From the NCBI GenBank assembly GCA_017610205.1, contig JAFCCL010000003.1, positions 1 through 64,000 on the forward strand: a DNA stretch of 64,000 nucleotides, written 5' to 3'. This document shows, piece by piece, positions 47,540 to 58,382 of this stretch. The notes beneath the pieces are model-generated. The model saw only the letters and a program-made list of their open reading frames with translations. It made no database searches and had not been told where the DNA came from. The DNA is from Candidatus Iainarchaeum sp. Lineage in GTDB: Archaea; Iainarchaeota; Iainarchaeia; Iainarchaeales; GCA-2688035. Numbering within the stretch: position 1 is the stretch's first letter; every line of letters starts with the position of its first letter. Both the position numbers and the translations under genes were made by a program.

Positions 47540-49059
47540 TTTCTATTTTTTCTTGCAACAATGTTCAACATCTTTTCAGTTGCTTTTACTGCTGCCATTA
47601 TTTGGTCTGAGTCAACTCCTATTGTGGAAAAGTTTTTCTCTTCATTTTCCCATGTAATAATTGTTTCAACAAGAGCATCTGTTTTTCCACCTGGGGGAAT
47701 TTTTACCTCATAGTTTGCCAGTACTGGTAGTTTTATTCCTGCTTTTTTGCTTACTTTTGTCAAAGCGTTCATAAAAGCATTGTAACCTCCGTCTCCGACA
47801 GCACTTTCACTGAACTTGTTGCTATTGGCTTCAAGTGTGAACGAAGCACTTGGCTTTATGCCTGTGCCTGAATAAACTTTGCAGTTAACAATTTTGTAAA
47901 AGCTTTTTTCAGGTGTACCAAGAAGATCTGATACAATGAATGGAAGGTCTTCAACTGTCACTGTATTTTTCTTGTCTCCAAGTTCAATAATTCTTTTTAG
48001 TAATTTTTTCTTTTCTTCTTTGCCAAGGCTTAATCCGAGCTTTTCAAGGTTTTGGTCAATGCTTGCTTTTCCGCTTAGTTTTCCAAGAGCATACTGTCTT
48101 TCTTTTCCAAATCTTTCTGGTTTGAGTTCGCTTTCATAAAGTCCTGCTTTTTTGTCTCCGTCTGCATGAATGCCTGCAGTTTGAGTAAAAACATTATCTC
48201 CTGTAATTGGTTTGTTTGCAGAAATTCTTTTTCCTGAAAATGCTTCAACAATTTTGCTTGCTTTTGAAAGCATTTTTTCATCAATATTGCAGCCAAATTC
48301 TGTCTTGTCGTTTAATACAACTGCTAATTCGTCAAGTGGTGTGTTTCCAGCTCGTTCTCCAAGACCGTTTACTGTTGCATGTACTGTGGCACATCCTGCT
48401 TTTACTGCGACCAAACTGTTTGCAACTGCAAGACCATAATCATTGTGTGCGTGAAATTCAAATGCAATATCCGGAAAGTTTGTTACCATTTCTCCAACAA
48501 GCGTTTTTGTTTCTTCTGGTGTTAAAATGCCAAGTGTATCACAAAGGCTTGCTCTTTTTACGCCTTTTTCTTTTGCGGTTTCAACAAGTTGTTTTACAAA
48601 TTCTTTGTTTTCAAACATTCCACTGCTCCAGATTTCTATTCCAAGATTAATTTTCAAACCCTTGCTTTTTGCATAATCTATTGTTTTGCCAAGTTCTTCC
48701 AAATGCAGTTCAGGGCTTTTTTTCAGTTGTTCTTTTATATGAAGCAGGCTTCCTTTTGCAAGAAGCCACATTGTTTCAACTCCTGCTTCAACAGCCCAGT
48801 CAACACTTTTGTTGCTGTCAACAAAGCCGAGAACGCTTAGCTTTTCAAGAAACCCGTTTTCTTTTGCCCATTTGGAAATTTTTTGAACTGCTTCAAGTTC
48901 TCCTTTACTGACTCTTGTGCTGGCAACTTCAATCCAGTCAACTTTTACTTCTGAAAGCAGTATTTTTGCAATGCTGAGTTTTTCTTTTGGAGTAAATGAA
49001 ACTCCCTGGGTTTGTTCTCCATCCCTTAAAGTGGTGTCAAGAATTGTTATTTTTTTCAT
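47536..49059 (-). CDS. cimA: citramalate synthase / alpha-isopropylmalate synthase family
   Basis: DTTLRDGEQ, HAHND, GLGERAGN, AGIHADG, LeuA-type regulatory domain; IEVAS.RVS.GE typical of Leptospira/Bacteroidetes CimA. Confidence 0.8.
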   Translation of the reverse strand: MKKITILDTTLRDGEQTQGVSFTPKEKLSIAKILLSEVKVDWIEVASTRVSKGELEAVQKISKWAKENGFLEKLSVLGFVDSNKSVDWAVEAGVETMWLLAKGSLLHIKEQLKKSPELHLEELGKTIDYAKSKGLKINLGIEIWSSGMFENKEFVKQLVETAKEKGVKRASLCDTLGILTPEETKTLVGEMVTNFPDIAFEFHAHNDYGLAVANSLVAVKAGCATVHATVNGLGERAGNTPLDELAVVLNDKTEFGCNIDEKMLSKASKIVEAFSGKRISANKPITGDNVFTQTAGIHADGDKKAGLYESELKPERFGKERQYALGKLSGKASIDQNLEKLGLSLGKEEKKKLLKRIIELGDKKNTVTVEDLPFIVSDLLGTPEKSFYKIVNCKVYSGTGIKPSASFTLEANSNKFSESAVGDGGYNAFMNALTKVSKKAGIKLPVLANYEVKIPPGGKTDALVETIITWENEEKNFSTIGVDSDQIMAAVKATEKMLNIVARKNRN

Positions 49060-49270
49060 GACTTTGCCTCCTTTCAAAAAGTGTTTTATTGCTTAAATTG
49101 GTTAAAGGGTTAAAATTAGTTAAAATTAGAAAAAAGTTATAGTAGAATCCGTAAATTCCTTCTTAGAGTCATAATAACTATTGCGTATTTGAAGTTTTTA
49201 AATCTAAGCCTTTTTTTGGGCAATTTTCGTGCTAAAACCCTTTTAATCTTTTTCAATCCCAATTAATGCT

Positions 49271-52264
49271 ATGGAAGTCAATCTTTGCAGAATAGAGGTA
49301 AGTTTTCAGAATGATGCAAGGGCTAAAATTGCAAAAAAGTCCATTGAAAGGGCTGGCTTTGGCAAAATAAGTGCTGTTTCCCTAAATGATGTTTATACAA
49401 TTTCTTCACAGTTTCAGGAAAAAGACCTTGAAAAATGCGCTTTTTTGCTTCACAACCCTGTAACACAGCAATTTTCAATTGGAAAACCACTGCCTTCAAA
49501 AGAATTTGACTGGGCAATCGAAATTGGTTTTCTTCCAGGAGTAACTGACAATGTGGGAAAAACTGCTGCCGAAACTTTGCAGGATTTTTTCGGAGAAGAA
49601 GCAAAGGAAACCGCGGTTTTTAGCTCTCAGCTTTTCTTTATCAAAGGTGATTTTTCCAAAGAGGAAGCAGGAAAGATTGGTGAAATTTTTGCAAACCCGC
49701 TAATTCAGGGAATTTACATTAAAACCAGAGAGCAATTTGAAGCAGATTCCGGAATGGATGTTATTGCTCCCATTGTAAAGCTTCATGAAGAACCAAAAGC
49801 CCGCGAAGTCAATCTTGAGATTTCAGACGAAGAACTTTTAAAACTTGGCAAGCACGGAATTCTTGACCATGTTGAATCAGACGGAACAGAGGCAAGGCGC
49901 GGCCCTCTTGCACTTGATCTTTCTTCCCTTCACATAATAAGAGATTATTTCAAAAAAGAGAGCAGAAAACCAACAGATATTGAGATTGAATCCCTTGCAC
50001 AAACCTGGAGCGAGCACTGCAAGCACACAATTTTTGCAGCAGAGCTTGATGATTTGGAAAAAGGACTTTACAAGGGACTAATAAAGGACGCAACTGAAAA
50101 AGTCAGGGAAAGCAAGGGCAAAGAAGACAATTGTGTTTCTGTTTTTGTTGACAACAGTGGCGGAATAGATTTTGACAAAGAAAACATTGTTTCTGACAAG
50201 GTTGAAACCCACAACAGTCCGTCTGCACTTGACCCCTTTGGCGGAGCAATAACAGGAATTGTTGGTGTAAACCGTGACACAATGGGTTTTGGAATGGCTG
50301 CAAAGCCAATAATTAACAGGTATGGATTTTGCTTTGCAGAGCCAAAAGATGCAGAACTGCTTTACAGAGCCAAGGAAAAAGGAAATTCAATTCTTCCTCC
50401 TGAACGCATAATGCTTGGAGTAATAGACGGAGTGCAGGTTGGCGGAAACTGTTCAGGAATTCCTACTCCTACAGGTTTTATGTATTTTGATGAAAGATAC
50501 AAGGGCAAGCCACTTGTGTTTGTTGGAACAGTTGGATTAATGCCAAGGCTGGTTAATGGAAAGAAAGGGCATGAAAAAAAGGCAGAACCAGACGATGTTA
50601 TAGTAATGGTTGGCGGCCGCGTTGGCCTTGACGGAATCCACGGCGCAACCTTTTCTTCAGAAGCACTGTCTTCAGGAAGCCCTGCAACAGCTGTGCAAAT
50701 AGGTGACCCGATTACTCAGAAAAAGATGTCTGATGCAATTGTAAAAGAAGCAAGGGATTTGAATTTATACACAAGCATTACCGACAATGGTGCAGGTGGC
50801 TTAAGCTGTTCTGTTGCAGAAATGGCAAAAGAATGCGGTGGATGCAGTGTTGACTTGGAAAAGGTTCCTGTAAAATATCAGGGAATGTCTCCTTGGCAAA
50901 TTTGGGTTTCTGAAAGCCAGGAGAGAATGACTCTTGCAATTCCAAAAGAAAAAACAAAGCAGTTTATTGACCTTATGACCCAACGCGGTGTTGAAGCAAC
51001 AGCAATAGGTGAATTTAACGATTCGCAAAGATGTGTTGTTAAATTTAACAATAAAAAAATAATGGACATTGACATGCATTTTTTGCACGATGGGCTTCCA
51101 AGAAAAAAGCTTGCAACAAAGCCAATGTACCCGTTTTTAAAAAACCCTTCTTTTGAAGAGCCTTCAAATCTTGGAAGAACATTGCTTGAAATGCTTTCAA
51201 GGCTGAATATTTGCAGCAAGGAATTTATTTCTGCACAATACGATCACGAAGTTCAGGGTTCCTCTGTGCTAAAACCCTTGCAGGGCAAAGGCAGAGTAAA
51301 TGCAGACGCTGCGGTTGTAAGGCCGTTGCTTGAAAGCCAAAAAGGAGTTGGCGTTTCGCACGCGCTTTATCCTGGTTATGGTGACATTGACACCTACTGG
51401 ATGGCTGCAGCAGCAATTGATTCTGCTGTTAAAAATCTTATTGCTGTAGGGGCAAAAATGGAGGATATTGCTTTGCTTGACAACTTTTGCTGGTGTTCAA
51501 GCAATGAGCCTGAAAGGCTTTGGCAATTAAAGAAAGCAGCACAAGCCTGCAATGATTTTGCAATACTTTACAAAACGCCTTTTATTTCAGGCAAGGACAG
51601 CATGTTTAATGATTTTAAGGGATTTGATTCAGATTCAAATGCATTAAAGATTTCGGTTCCTCCAACTTTGCTGATTTCATCAATTGCAGTAATTTCTGAC
51701 AGCAGAAAATGCGTTTCAATGGATGCCAAAATTGAAGGAGACCTTGTTTACGCAGTTGGCTTTACAACCGGCGAGCTTGGTGCTTCCGAATATTACAGAA
51801 TGCAGGCAAAAAAGGCAAATGACAAAAATGCAACTGGCGGAACAGTGCCGACGGTTGATGGAAAAAAGGCACTGGCTTCATACAACGCGCTTTCAAAAGC
51901 AATTGAAAAAGGACTTGTCGCGTCAGTTCAGGCTGTTAGCCTCGGAGGCCTTGGGATTGCAATAGCAAAGAAATGTATTGCAGGTCGCATTGGGGCAAAA
52001 ATTGATTTGAAAAAGGTTCTATCAGTTGGAATTAATAGAAATGACAGCATTTTGTTTAGTGAAAGTCAAAGCAGGCTTTTGGTAACGGTTGCTTCTGAAA
52101 ACAAATCTGGTTTTGAATCTGCAATGAATGGAATCAGGTTTTCTAAAATTGGAATTGTTTCAGGCACCAAGCTTGAGATAACAGGAATTGCTGGCAAGCA
52201 GAAGATTTCGCTGCCTGTTTCAGAACTTGAAGAAGCTTACAAAAAAACTTTGAGGGATTATTAA
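49271..52264 (+). CDS. purL: phosphoribosylformylglycinamidine synthase large subunit with N-terminal PurS-like region
   Basis: WSEHCKH, VETHNSPS, DGIHGATFSS, SESQERM. Confidence 0.95.
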   Translation: MEVNLCRIEVSFQNDARAKIAKKSIERAGFGKISAVSLNDVYTISSQFQEKDLEKCAFLLHNPVTQQFSIGKPLPSKEFDWAIEIGFLPGVTDNVGKTAAETLQDFFGEEAKETAVFSSQLFFIKGDFSKEEAGKIGEIFANPLIQGIYIKTREQFEADSGMDVIAPIVKLHEEPKAREVNLEISDEELLKLGKHGILDHVESDGTEARRGPLALDLSSLHIIRDYFKKESRKPTDIEIESLAQTWSEHCKHTIFAAELDDLEKGLYKGLIKDATEKVRESKGKEDNCVSVFVDNSGGIDFDKENIVSDKVETHNSPSALDPFGGAITGIVGVNRDTMGFGMAAKPIINRYGFCFAEPKDAELLYRAKEKGNSILPPERIMLGVIDGVQVGGNCSGIPTPTGFMYFDERYKGKPLVFVGTVGLMPRLVNGKKGHEKKAEPDDVIVMVGGRVGLDGIHGATFSSEALSSGSPATAVQIGDPITQKKMSDAIVKEARDLNLYTSITDNGAGGLSCSVAEMAKECGGCSVDLEKVPVKYQGMSPWQIWVSESQERMTLAIPKEKTKQFIDLMTQRGVEATAIGEFNDSQRCVVKFNNKKIMDIDMHFLHDGLPRKKLATKPMYPFLKNPSFEEPSNLGRTLLEMLSRLNICSKEFISAQYDHEVQGSSVLKPLQGKGRVNADAAVVRPLLESQKGVGVSHALYPGYGDIDTYWMAAAAIDSAVKNLIAVGAKMEDIALLDNFCWCSSNEPERLWQLKKAAQACNDFAILYKTPFISGKDSMFNDFKGFDSDSNALKISVPPTLLISSIAVISDSRKCVSMDAKIEGDLVYAVGFTTGELGASEYYRMQAKKANDKNATGGTVPTVDGKKALASYNALSKAIEKGLVASVQAVSLGGLGIAIAKKCIAGRIGAKIDLKKVLSVGINRNDSILFSESQSRLLVTVASENKSGFESAMNGIRFSKIGIVSGTKLEITGIAGKQKISLPVSELEEAYKKTLRDY

Positions 52265-53064
52265 TGGTTAAGGCAATTCTTTTGGCAGGATATGGCATAA
52301 ACTGTGAGGAAGAAACAGCGTTTGCATTCAAAAAGGCAGGGGCTGAAACAGAAATAATTCATATAAATGACTTAATTGCAAACCCAAAAAAGCTTTCAGA
52401 AGCCCAGATTTTTGCATTTCCAGGCGGCTTTTCTTACGGTGATAATACTGGTTCAGGAAATGCTCTTGCAAATAAGATTCGGAACAATTTGTGGACCAAG
52501 CTTGTTGAATTTATTGAAGCAGAAAAGCTCATTCTTGGAATTTGCAACGGCTTTCAGGTAATAACAAACTTGGGAATTTTGCCAGGAATTGAAAACAGGC
52601 AGGCAAAAAGAACAGTTGCCTTAAGCCACAATAACAGTGCAAGATATGAGTGCAGATGGGTCTCCCTAAAATCTTTTTCAAAGAAATGTGTTTTTACTAA
52701 AGGCATTGATTTAATCAGAATGCCTGTTGCTCACGGTGAAGGAAAGTTTGTTGCAGATGAGAATATCTTAAAGCAGTTGAAGGAATCAGACCAAATTGCT
52801 TTTAAGTATGTTGATGAAAACGGAGAACCTGCAAATAGTGTTTTTCCACAGAATCCAAACGGTTCTTTGGAGGATATTGCAGGAATTTGCAGTAAGGACG
52901 GAAGGGTTTTTGGATTAATGCCACACCCTGAAAGAAATATTTTCTTTACACAGCAGGCTGATTGGACTTTGCAAAAGGAAAAGTTGAAGAGAGCAGGCAA
53001 GGAAATTCCTGAAGAAAGTGCAGGAATGCAAATTTTTAGAAATGCGGTTGAATATTTTAAATGA
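52264..53064 (+). CDS. purQ: FGAM synthase glutaminase subunit
   Basis: GGFSYGD, GICNGFQ, HGEG, MPHPER. Confidence 0.95.
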   Translation: MVKAILLAGYGINCEEETAFAFKKAGAETEIIHINDLIANPKKLSEAQIFAFPGGFSYGDNTGSGNALANKIRNNLWTKLVEFIEAEKLILGICNGFQVITNLGILPGIENRQAKRTVALSHNNSARYECRWVSLKSFSKKCVFTKGIDLIRMPVAHGEGKFVADENILKQLKESDQIAFKYVDENGEPANSVFPQNPNGSLEDIAGICSKDGRVFGLMPHPERNIFFTQQADWTLQKEKLKRAGKEIPEESAGMQIFRNAVEYFK

Positions 53065-53095
53065 TGGAATGATTGATAATTGTGAGGCAAAATTT

Positions 53096-54175
53096 ATGAA
53101 ATACTCTGACATAGTGGATTATGGCAAACTTGACCCTGTTAAAAGGGCTGCAATTGAAAGCTTTTCAGGCACTGTAAAAAACACTGAAAGGCTTGGAATA
53201 AAGGTTGTAGCTGAAACAATGGGTGAGTCGGCAATTGCATTGGATGTTGTTGGCCAAGACTATATGCTTGCCTTTAATGTTGAAGGGCTTGGGACAAAAA
53301 ACCTGATTGCTGACGCAATGTTTTCTGATTCAAGAGGAAAGGGTATAAAATATTATGAATCAATTGGCAAAGACTGCCTTGCAATGTCAACAAACGATCT
53401 TGCATCAATTGGTGCAGACGCACTTGTCTACGGAGACATTTTGAGCAGTGGTGACAGCAACTGGTTTGCCAATTCAGAAAAGGCAAAAGCAATTATTAAA
53501 GGATTCAAACAGGGTGCAAATGAAATAGGACTTGCAATTCCATGCGGTGAAACTCCAACACTCAAAGGGGTTGTTAATGATAGTACAATTGATATGGCTG
53601 GAGCATCAATTGGCATAATCAAGCCAAAGGAAAATCTTACTTATGGTCAGGATTTGGCTGACGGAGATATTTTAATAGGTCTTGGAAGTTCTGGCATTCA
53701 CTCAAACGGTGTTTCGCTTGCAAGAAAGGTTGCAGACCAGCTGAAGGAAGGTTATTTTTCCGAGCTTCCAAGCGGAAAGCTTTTTGGAGAAGAATTGCTT
53801 GAACCAACAATTCTTTATACAAGAGTGTTAATGGACTTGCTTAATGCATGCGAAATACACTATCTTTCTCCTATTACAGGCCATGGGTGGAAAAAAATCA
53901 TGAGGCCAAAAAAGCCTTTTACTTACAAGGTCGATTTTGTTCCAGAGCCGTCAGAATTGTTTAAATTTCTTATTGAAAAATCAAGGGTTTCTGAAAAAGA
54001 GGCTTACTTTACCTGGAACATGGGTCTTGGATATGCAGTAATGGCTCCAAAGGAAAGCAGGGAAGCAATATTCAAAGCAAGTGAAAAGCACGGCATTAAA
54101 GCATTTGACCTTGGTACTGTAAGAGAAGGAAAAAAAGCTGTTGCAATAAAACCAAAAGACATTATTTTTGAATAG
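53096..54175 (+). CDS. purM: phosphoribosylaminoimidazole (AIR) synthetase
   Basis: EGLGTK, NDL, GET, SSGIHSNG, ITGHG, WNMG. Confidence 0.9.
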   Translation: MKYSDIVDYGKLDPVKRAAIESFSGTVKNTERLGIKVVAETMGESAIALDVVGQDYMLAFNVEGLGTKNLIADAMFSDSRGKGIKYYESIGKDCLAMSTNDLASIGADALVYGDILSSGDSNWFANSEKAKAIIKGFKQGANEIGLAIPCGETPTLKGVVNDSTIDMAGASIGIIKPKENLTYGQDLADGDILIGLGSSGIHSNGVSLARKVADQLKEGYFSELPSGKLFGEELLEPTILYTRVLMDLLNACEIHYLSPITGHGWKKIMRPKKPFTYKVDFVPEPSELFKFLIEKSRVSEKEAYFTWNMGLGYAVMAPKESREAIFKASEKHGIKAFDLGTVREGKKAVAIKPKDIIFE

Positions 54176-54226
54176 GGAAAATTACAGTGTTAAAAAAAAT
54201 ATTTTTTTTTAAAACAGGTCTTGTTC

Positions 54227-55720
54227 ATGAAAAAAAAAGAAGAACTGTACAAAAAAGAAGAACTGTGCAGGCTTTTGGAAAATTCAATCAAAAAAAATGC
54301 TCCAAAGAAAAAATTCGGAATTCTTTTCTCGGGCGGAATTGACTCAGCACTGCTTGCAGTTCTTTGCAAAAAATTAAACTTGAATTTTACATGCTTTTTT
54401 GGTTATGTTAAAGGAAAAGCCAGACCAAAAGATCTTGAATTTGCAAAAAAGGCAGCAAAAGAGCTTGGGGCAAGCCTTGAAATTGCTTCAATTTCTTTGA
54501 AAGAGTCAGAAAGGCTTATTGCAAAAGTTGTTCCATTAATAGCTTCACATTCCCCTGTTCAGGTTGGTGTTGCCATTCCAATTGCAATTGCCTGCAAAAA
54601 AGCACAGGAAAAAGGAATTTCGACAGTATTTTCCGGGATGGGTGCTGATGAAATGTTCTGTGGCTATGCCAAATTCAAAAATTCAAACGACCTTGCACTT
54701 GATTCATTAAAGCTGATGCAACAGCTTTCCGAAAAAGACTTAAAGCGCGACCTTGCAATTGCTTCAGGCAACGGTCTTGAATTAAAAACTCCTTTTCTTA
54801 ATGCTGCAATTTTAAAGTTTGCCTTGTCCTTGCCAAAAGACCAAAAGCTTTCAGGTCGCAGAAACAAAATTATTCTTCGCGAGCTTGCCTTAAGCCTTGG
54901 TCTTTCAAAAGAAATCGCTGAACGGAAAAAGCTTGCTGCACAGTATGGAAGCAATTCAGACAAGGCAATTGAAAAACTTTCAAAGAAGGCAAAGAAAACT
55001 AAGTCTGAATATCTTGTTTCCTTTTCGGAAAAGAAAAAAATTGCAGTCCTTTTTTCAGGCGGAAAAGACAGCTGTCTTGCTTTGTGGAAAATGCAGCAGC
55101 AGGGCTTTGAAGTAAGCTGTCTTGTTTCAATAATTCCAAAAAATCCTGATTCCTTTATGTACCACAAGCCAAATTTGAAAATTTTAGGGCTTCAGTCAAA
55201 GGCTCTTGGAATTCCCCTTGTAACTGAAAAAACAGTTGGTGAAAAGGAAAAAGAGCTTGCTGAACTGAAAAAGGTTTTGACAAAAGTCGGGAAAGAATTT
55301 GGAATAAGCGGCGTTGTCTCCGGTGCCTTGTACAGCGAGTACCAACGCAAGAGGATTGAAAAAATCTGTAAAAACCTTTCACTTGAACTTTATTCGCCTT
55401 TATGGCATTTAGACCAGCTTGATGAGCTGTTGGAGCTTTCAAACAACGGCTTTGTTTTTGTAATGGAAAAGATTGCCGCCCTTGGCTTGAGCAGTGAATG
55501 GCTTGGAAAGCCTGTTGGAAGCGCAGACATTGCTGCACTTGAGGCTTTGAACAAAAAATTCGGATTTAATGTTGCCGGAGAAGGCGGAGAGTATGAATCC
55601 CTTGTATTGGATGCTCCAAATTTTAAAAAGAGCATAAAAATCACTGAAAGCAAAAAGCACCTAAAAAACAATTTTACAGGGCTGCTTGAAGTAACTAGTG
55701 CCATTTTTGAAGGCAAATGA
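54227..55720 (+). CDS. fusion: asparagine synthetase C-terminal domain + diphthine-ammonia ligase (Dph6-like)
   Basis: FSGGIDS...SGMGADEMFCGY...PFL then LFSGGKDS...GEGGEYES. Confidence 0.85.
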   Translation: MKKKEELYKKEELCRLLENSIKKNAPKKKFGILFSGGIDSALLAVLCKKLNLNFTCFFGYVKGKARPKDLEFAKKAAKELGASLEIASISLKESERLIAKVVPLIASHSPVQVGVAIPIAIACKKAQEKGISTVFSGMGADEMFCGYAKFKNSNDLALDSLKLMQQLSEKDLKRDLAIASGNGLELKTPFLNAAILKFALSLPKDQKLSGRRNKIILRELALSLGLSKEIAERKKLAAQYGSNSDKAIEKLSKKAKKTKSEYLVSFSEKKKIAVLFSGGKDSCLALWKMQQQGFEVSCLVSIIPKNPDSFMYHKPNLKILGLQSKALGIPLVTEKTVGEKEKELAELKKVLTKVGKEFGISGVVSGALYSEYQRKRIEKICKNLSLELYSPLWHLDQLDELLELSNNGFVFVMEKIAALGLSSEWLGKPVGSADIAALEALNKKFGFNVAGEGGEYESLVLDAPNFKKSIKITESKKHLKNNFTGLLEVTSAIFEGK

Positions 55721-55730
55721 TTTTTTTTTT

Positions 55731-56972
55731 TTACCCAAGCTTGTAGAACACAAGTCCGCTTAACAGCTTTGGGTAAAAGAAAGTGCTTTTCTGCGGCATT
55801 GCCTCGCCGGCAAGCGAAACATTCTCAAACTGTTTTATGCTGGCTGGTTGCACGAAGAATACTGCTTCAAATTCACCAGCTCCTGTCAATTCAATTAATT
55901 TCTCAGCATTTTTTTCAAATGAAATGTTGTCCAAGTCAGTGGCAAGTATTTTTTTAAACACAATTGTGTCAAGTGCCACAGTAGCCAAATCCCTTAAAAC
56001 AATTGGCTTTTCTTTAAGCGCTTCATTTGCTTTTCCCTTATTTTTTAGCAAGTGAAATTTTCCTTCAAAGAGCATTCCAATGCAGGGCTTTTTGCCTACT
56101 TTGGTTGCCTGCATCATCCTTTCTTTTTCACATTCTTCAACTTCAAAGAACTCGCTGAGTTTTTTGACAAAGCTTTCCTTTTCTGTCACTTTTTTCAGAG
56201 CCCTGTGTGTTGGCAGAATACGCAGGCCATTACTGTTCAAATTTATAATGCAAACCATTTTGTATTTTGAAGCCTTGCTGCCGTCAATTTCAGAAAACTT
56301 TTCCGCTGTCTCATACCTATGGTGGCCGTCGGCAATGAACATTTTTTCGCCAGAAAGCATTTTTTTAATCTGCATTATCTTTTCCCTGTCTTTTAAAACC
56401 CATAGCCTGTGTCTGCCGGTTTCATTTTCAAAATCCATTTCAGGCTTTTCTTTTGTTTTACTTTCAAAAATAGTTTCAATTCCACTGCCCTGCAGGCTAT
56501 CAAGCAGCATTATTGGCTCAAAATCGCATTTTGTTTCTTTCAAAAGTTCTAATCTGTCCTGTTTTGGCTTTGGCAGTGTTTTTTCGTGAGGAAGCACTTT
56601 ACCGTTTTCAAATGGCTCAAGCCTTAGGAGGCAAAATAATGCTTTGATTGACGCATTTTCTCCTCCAAACGAGTAATCGTTTTTGTAAACATAGAAAGCA
56701 GGCTCTTTTTCCTGCACTAAAATCTCTTTTTGTAGCCATTCATTGACCAGCTTGGCAGCTTTTGTGTAATTTTCCGCTATATGGTTCTTTTCAAACCCCT
56801 GGTTTCCAAGGCTAAGCCTTGCAAAATTGAATTGGTTTTTTTTCAAAAGAAGCTTTCTTTCCTTTTCACTTATGATATCGTATGGAGGTGCCACAAGCTT
56901 TGAAAAACTGCCTGCCTTTTCACTGCAATACTTTACACCTTTAAACGGCTTTACTTCAACCAATGCTTTCAC
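55731..56972 (-). CDS. DUF1015 family protein
   Basis: APPYDII, PHEKT, IADGHHRYE, PTHR, MPQKSTFFYPK. Confidence 0.9.
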   Translation of the reverse strand: MKALVEVKPFKGVKYCSEKAGSFSKLVAPPYDIISEKERKLLLKKNQFNFARLSLGNQGFEKNHIAENYTKAAKLVNEWLQKEILVQEKEPAFYVYKNDYSFGGENASIKALFCLLRLEPFENGKVLPHEKTLPKPKQDRLELLKETKCDFEPIMLLDSLQGSGIETIFESKTKEKPEMDFENETGRHRLWVLKDREKIMQIKKMLSGEKMFIADGHHRYETAEKFSEIDGSKASKYKMVCIINLNSNGLRILPTHRALKKVTEKESFVKKLSEFFEVEECEKERMMQATKVGKKPCIGMLFEGKFHLLKNKGKANEALKEKPIVLRDLATVALDTIVFKKILATDLDNISFEKNAEKLIELTGAGEFEAVFFVQPASIKQFENVSLAGEAMPQKSTFFYPKLLSGLVFYKLG

Positions 56973-57077
56973 CTGAAGAAAAAGAATTCTTAAACAATTA
57001 AAAACCCGATTGCTTTTTTTTTTTAAGAATCCTTAAATAGAAACAATTAAATTCACTGGCTTGGAAATATTTATTAC

Positions 57078-57992
57078 ATGGCTGGCAGAAAAATTAGTCA
57101 CCGAAGAGGCTTTTTGATGCCTGATCAAATTGTTGAAATATTAAAACAAAGAGGTCTTAAAGCAAACGAAAAAACTATTTCAGATTACGCTCATTCAGGA
57201 AAGATTCCTTTTGGACAGTCTGTTCCTGGGAATAAAAAAGGAATAATGTTTCCTGAAGAAAATCTTGATAGCGTGCTTGCAAAAGTTCCAAAAAAGATGA
57301 TTTTGGCCGAAGGCCAGATTACAAAGCATTGGCTTGTGAAAAAAGCAAGGGAAATGGGTCTTTCAATGAACACAGCAAACATTGATACCTATCTTAAAAA
57401 AATTGCTGAAGGAAAAGAGCCTGTGCCAAAAGGTCTTTTCTTTGACAAATTTGATTCGCACAGAAGGGTTGTAATTCCAAAAGCCGTGGCATTCAAGCTT
57501 CTCAAAGATGCAAAAAGAAGGAAAGCATTGCCAAAACTGCTTGAAACAGGAAAAATTGTTCCGCTTTCCAAAATTGCAACAGATTTAGGTCTAAGCCCAC
57601 GATCTCTTCATGGGAAAAAAGGGCATGGTATCAGCTCTTTTAGAATTGGCAATGGCAGATATGTTGCTGCCAAAGAAGCAGAAAGGTTTAAGGCAGAATT
57701 TATTTCACTGCGTGAAAATGGAAGGCGTTATAAATCGCTAGTGCAAAAAAAGCCTGTGTCAACAGTCGGTGTGAAAAATGCGGCAAAGCCTGTTGGCAAA
57801 AAGACAGCAAGGCCAAAGCAAGTTCAGTCGGCAAATTCGTTGATGCAGAATTGGTTTAATGAAAATTCAAGCAATATGTCTCAAGGCAGGCGTAAGCTGA
57901 TTGAACGGGTTATTAGGCAAAGCAAAAATGTTTCTGTGGAAGAATACTATGAAACTGTACTGCCATTGTTTGAAAGAATTTTTTATCGCTAG
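57078..57992 (+). CDS. basic hypothetical protein with several HTH-like segments
   Basis: 304 aa; EKTISDYAHSGKIP and LSKIATDLGLSPRSL segments. Confidence 0.6.
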   Translation: MAGRKISHRRGFLMPDQIVEILKQRGLKANEKTISDYAHSGKIPFGQSVPGNKKGIMFPEENLDSVLAKVPKKMILAEGQITKHWLVKKAREMGLSMNTANIDTYLKKIAEGKEPVPKGLFFDKFDSHRRVVIPKAVAFKLLKDAKRRKALPKLLETGKIVPLSKIATDLGLSPRSLHGKKGHGISSFRIGNGRYVAAKEAERFKAEFISLRENGRRYKSLVQKKPVSTVGVKNAAKPVGKKTARPKQVQSANSLMQNWFNENSSNMSQGRRKLIERVIRQSKNVSVEEYYETVLPLFERIFYR

Positions 57993-58029
57993 AACTAATT
58001 GAATTTAAGTCTTTGCAAAAAGAAAAATC

Positions 58030-58236
58030 TTAAACATAGCCTCTTTTGTAGAAGAATCCAATTGTGACAATTCCTGCAATGTTTACCGCTGTGAGAACAG
58101 AAAATGCTATTATGCATTTTGAAATGCCTGCCATAAAAAAAAAGATTGTGATTGAAAGGCACAGTGCTCCAAGGACTGCATGCATTGCCGCAACTTTTTT
58201 CATTTTTTCTTTAATTTTTGATGTGAATTTTACCAA
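58030..58236 (-). CDS. small 2-TM protein
   Basis: two hydrophobic helices. Confidence 0.45.
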   Translation of the reverse strand: MVKFTSKIKEKMKKVAAMHAVLGALCLSITIFFFMAGISKCIIAFSVLTAVNIAGIVTIGFFYKRGYV

Positions 58237-58382
58237 AATAAAAACCTATTTAATAAACTATTTTGTCTTTTTATTCTTTTTGTTTGCAATTTGTTTAATC
58301 ATTTTTTGTAGCCTGCAAAATAGTTTCCAGTAAACTTAAATAAACCAAAGTTGTTTGTTTTTAGAATTGGAAGCGGTAGTTT

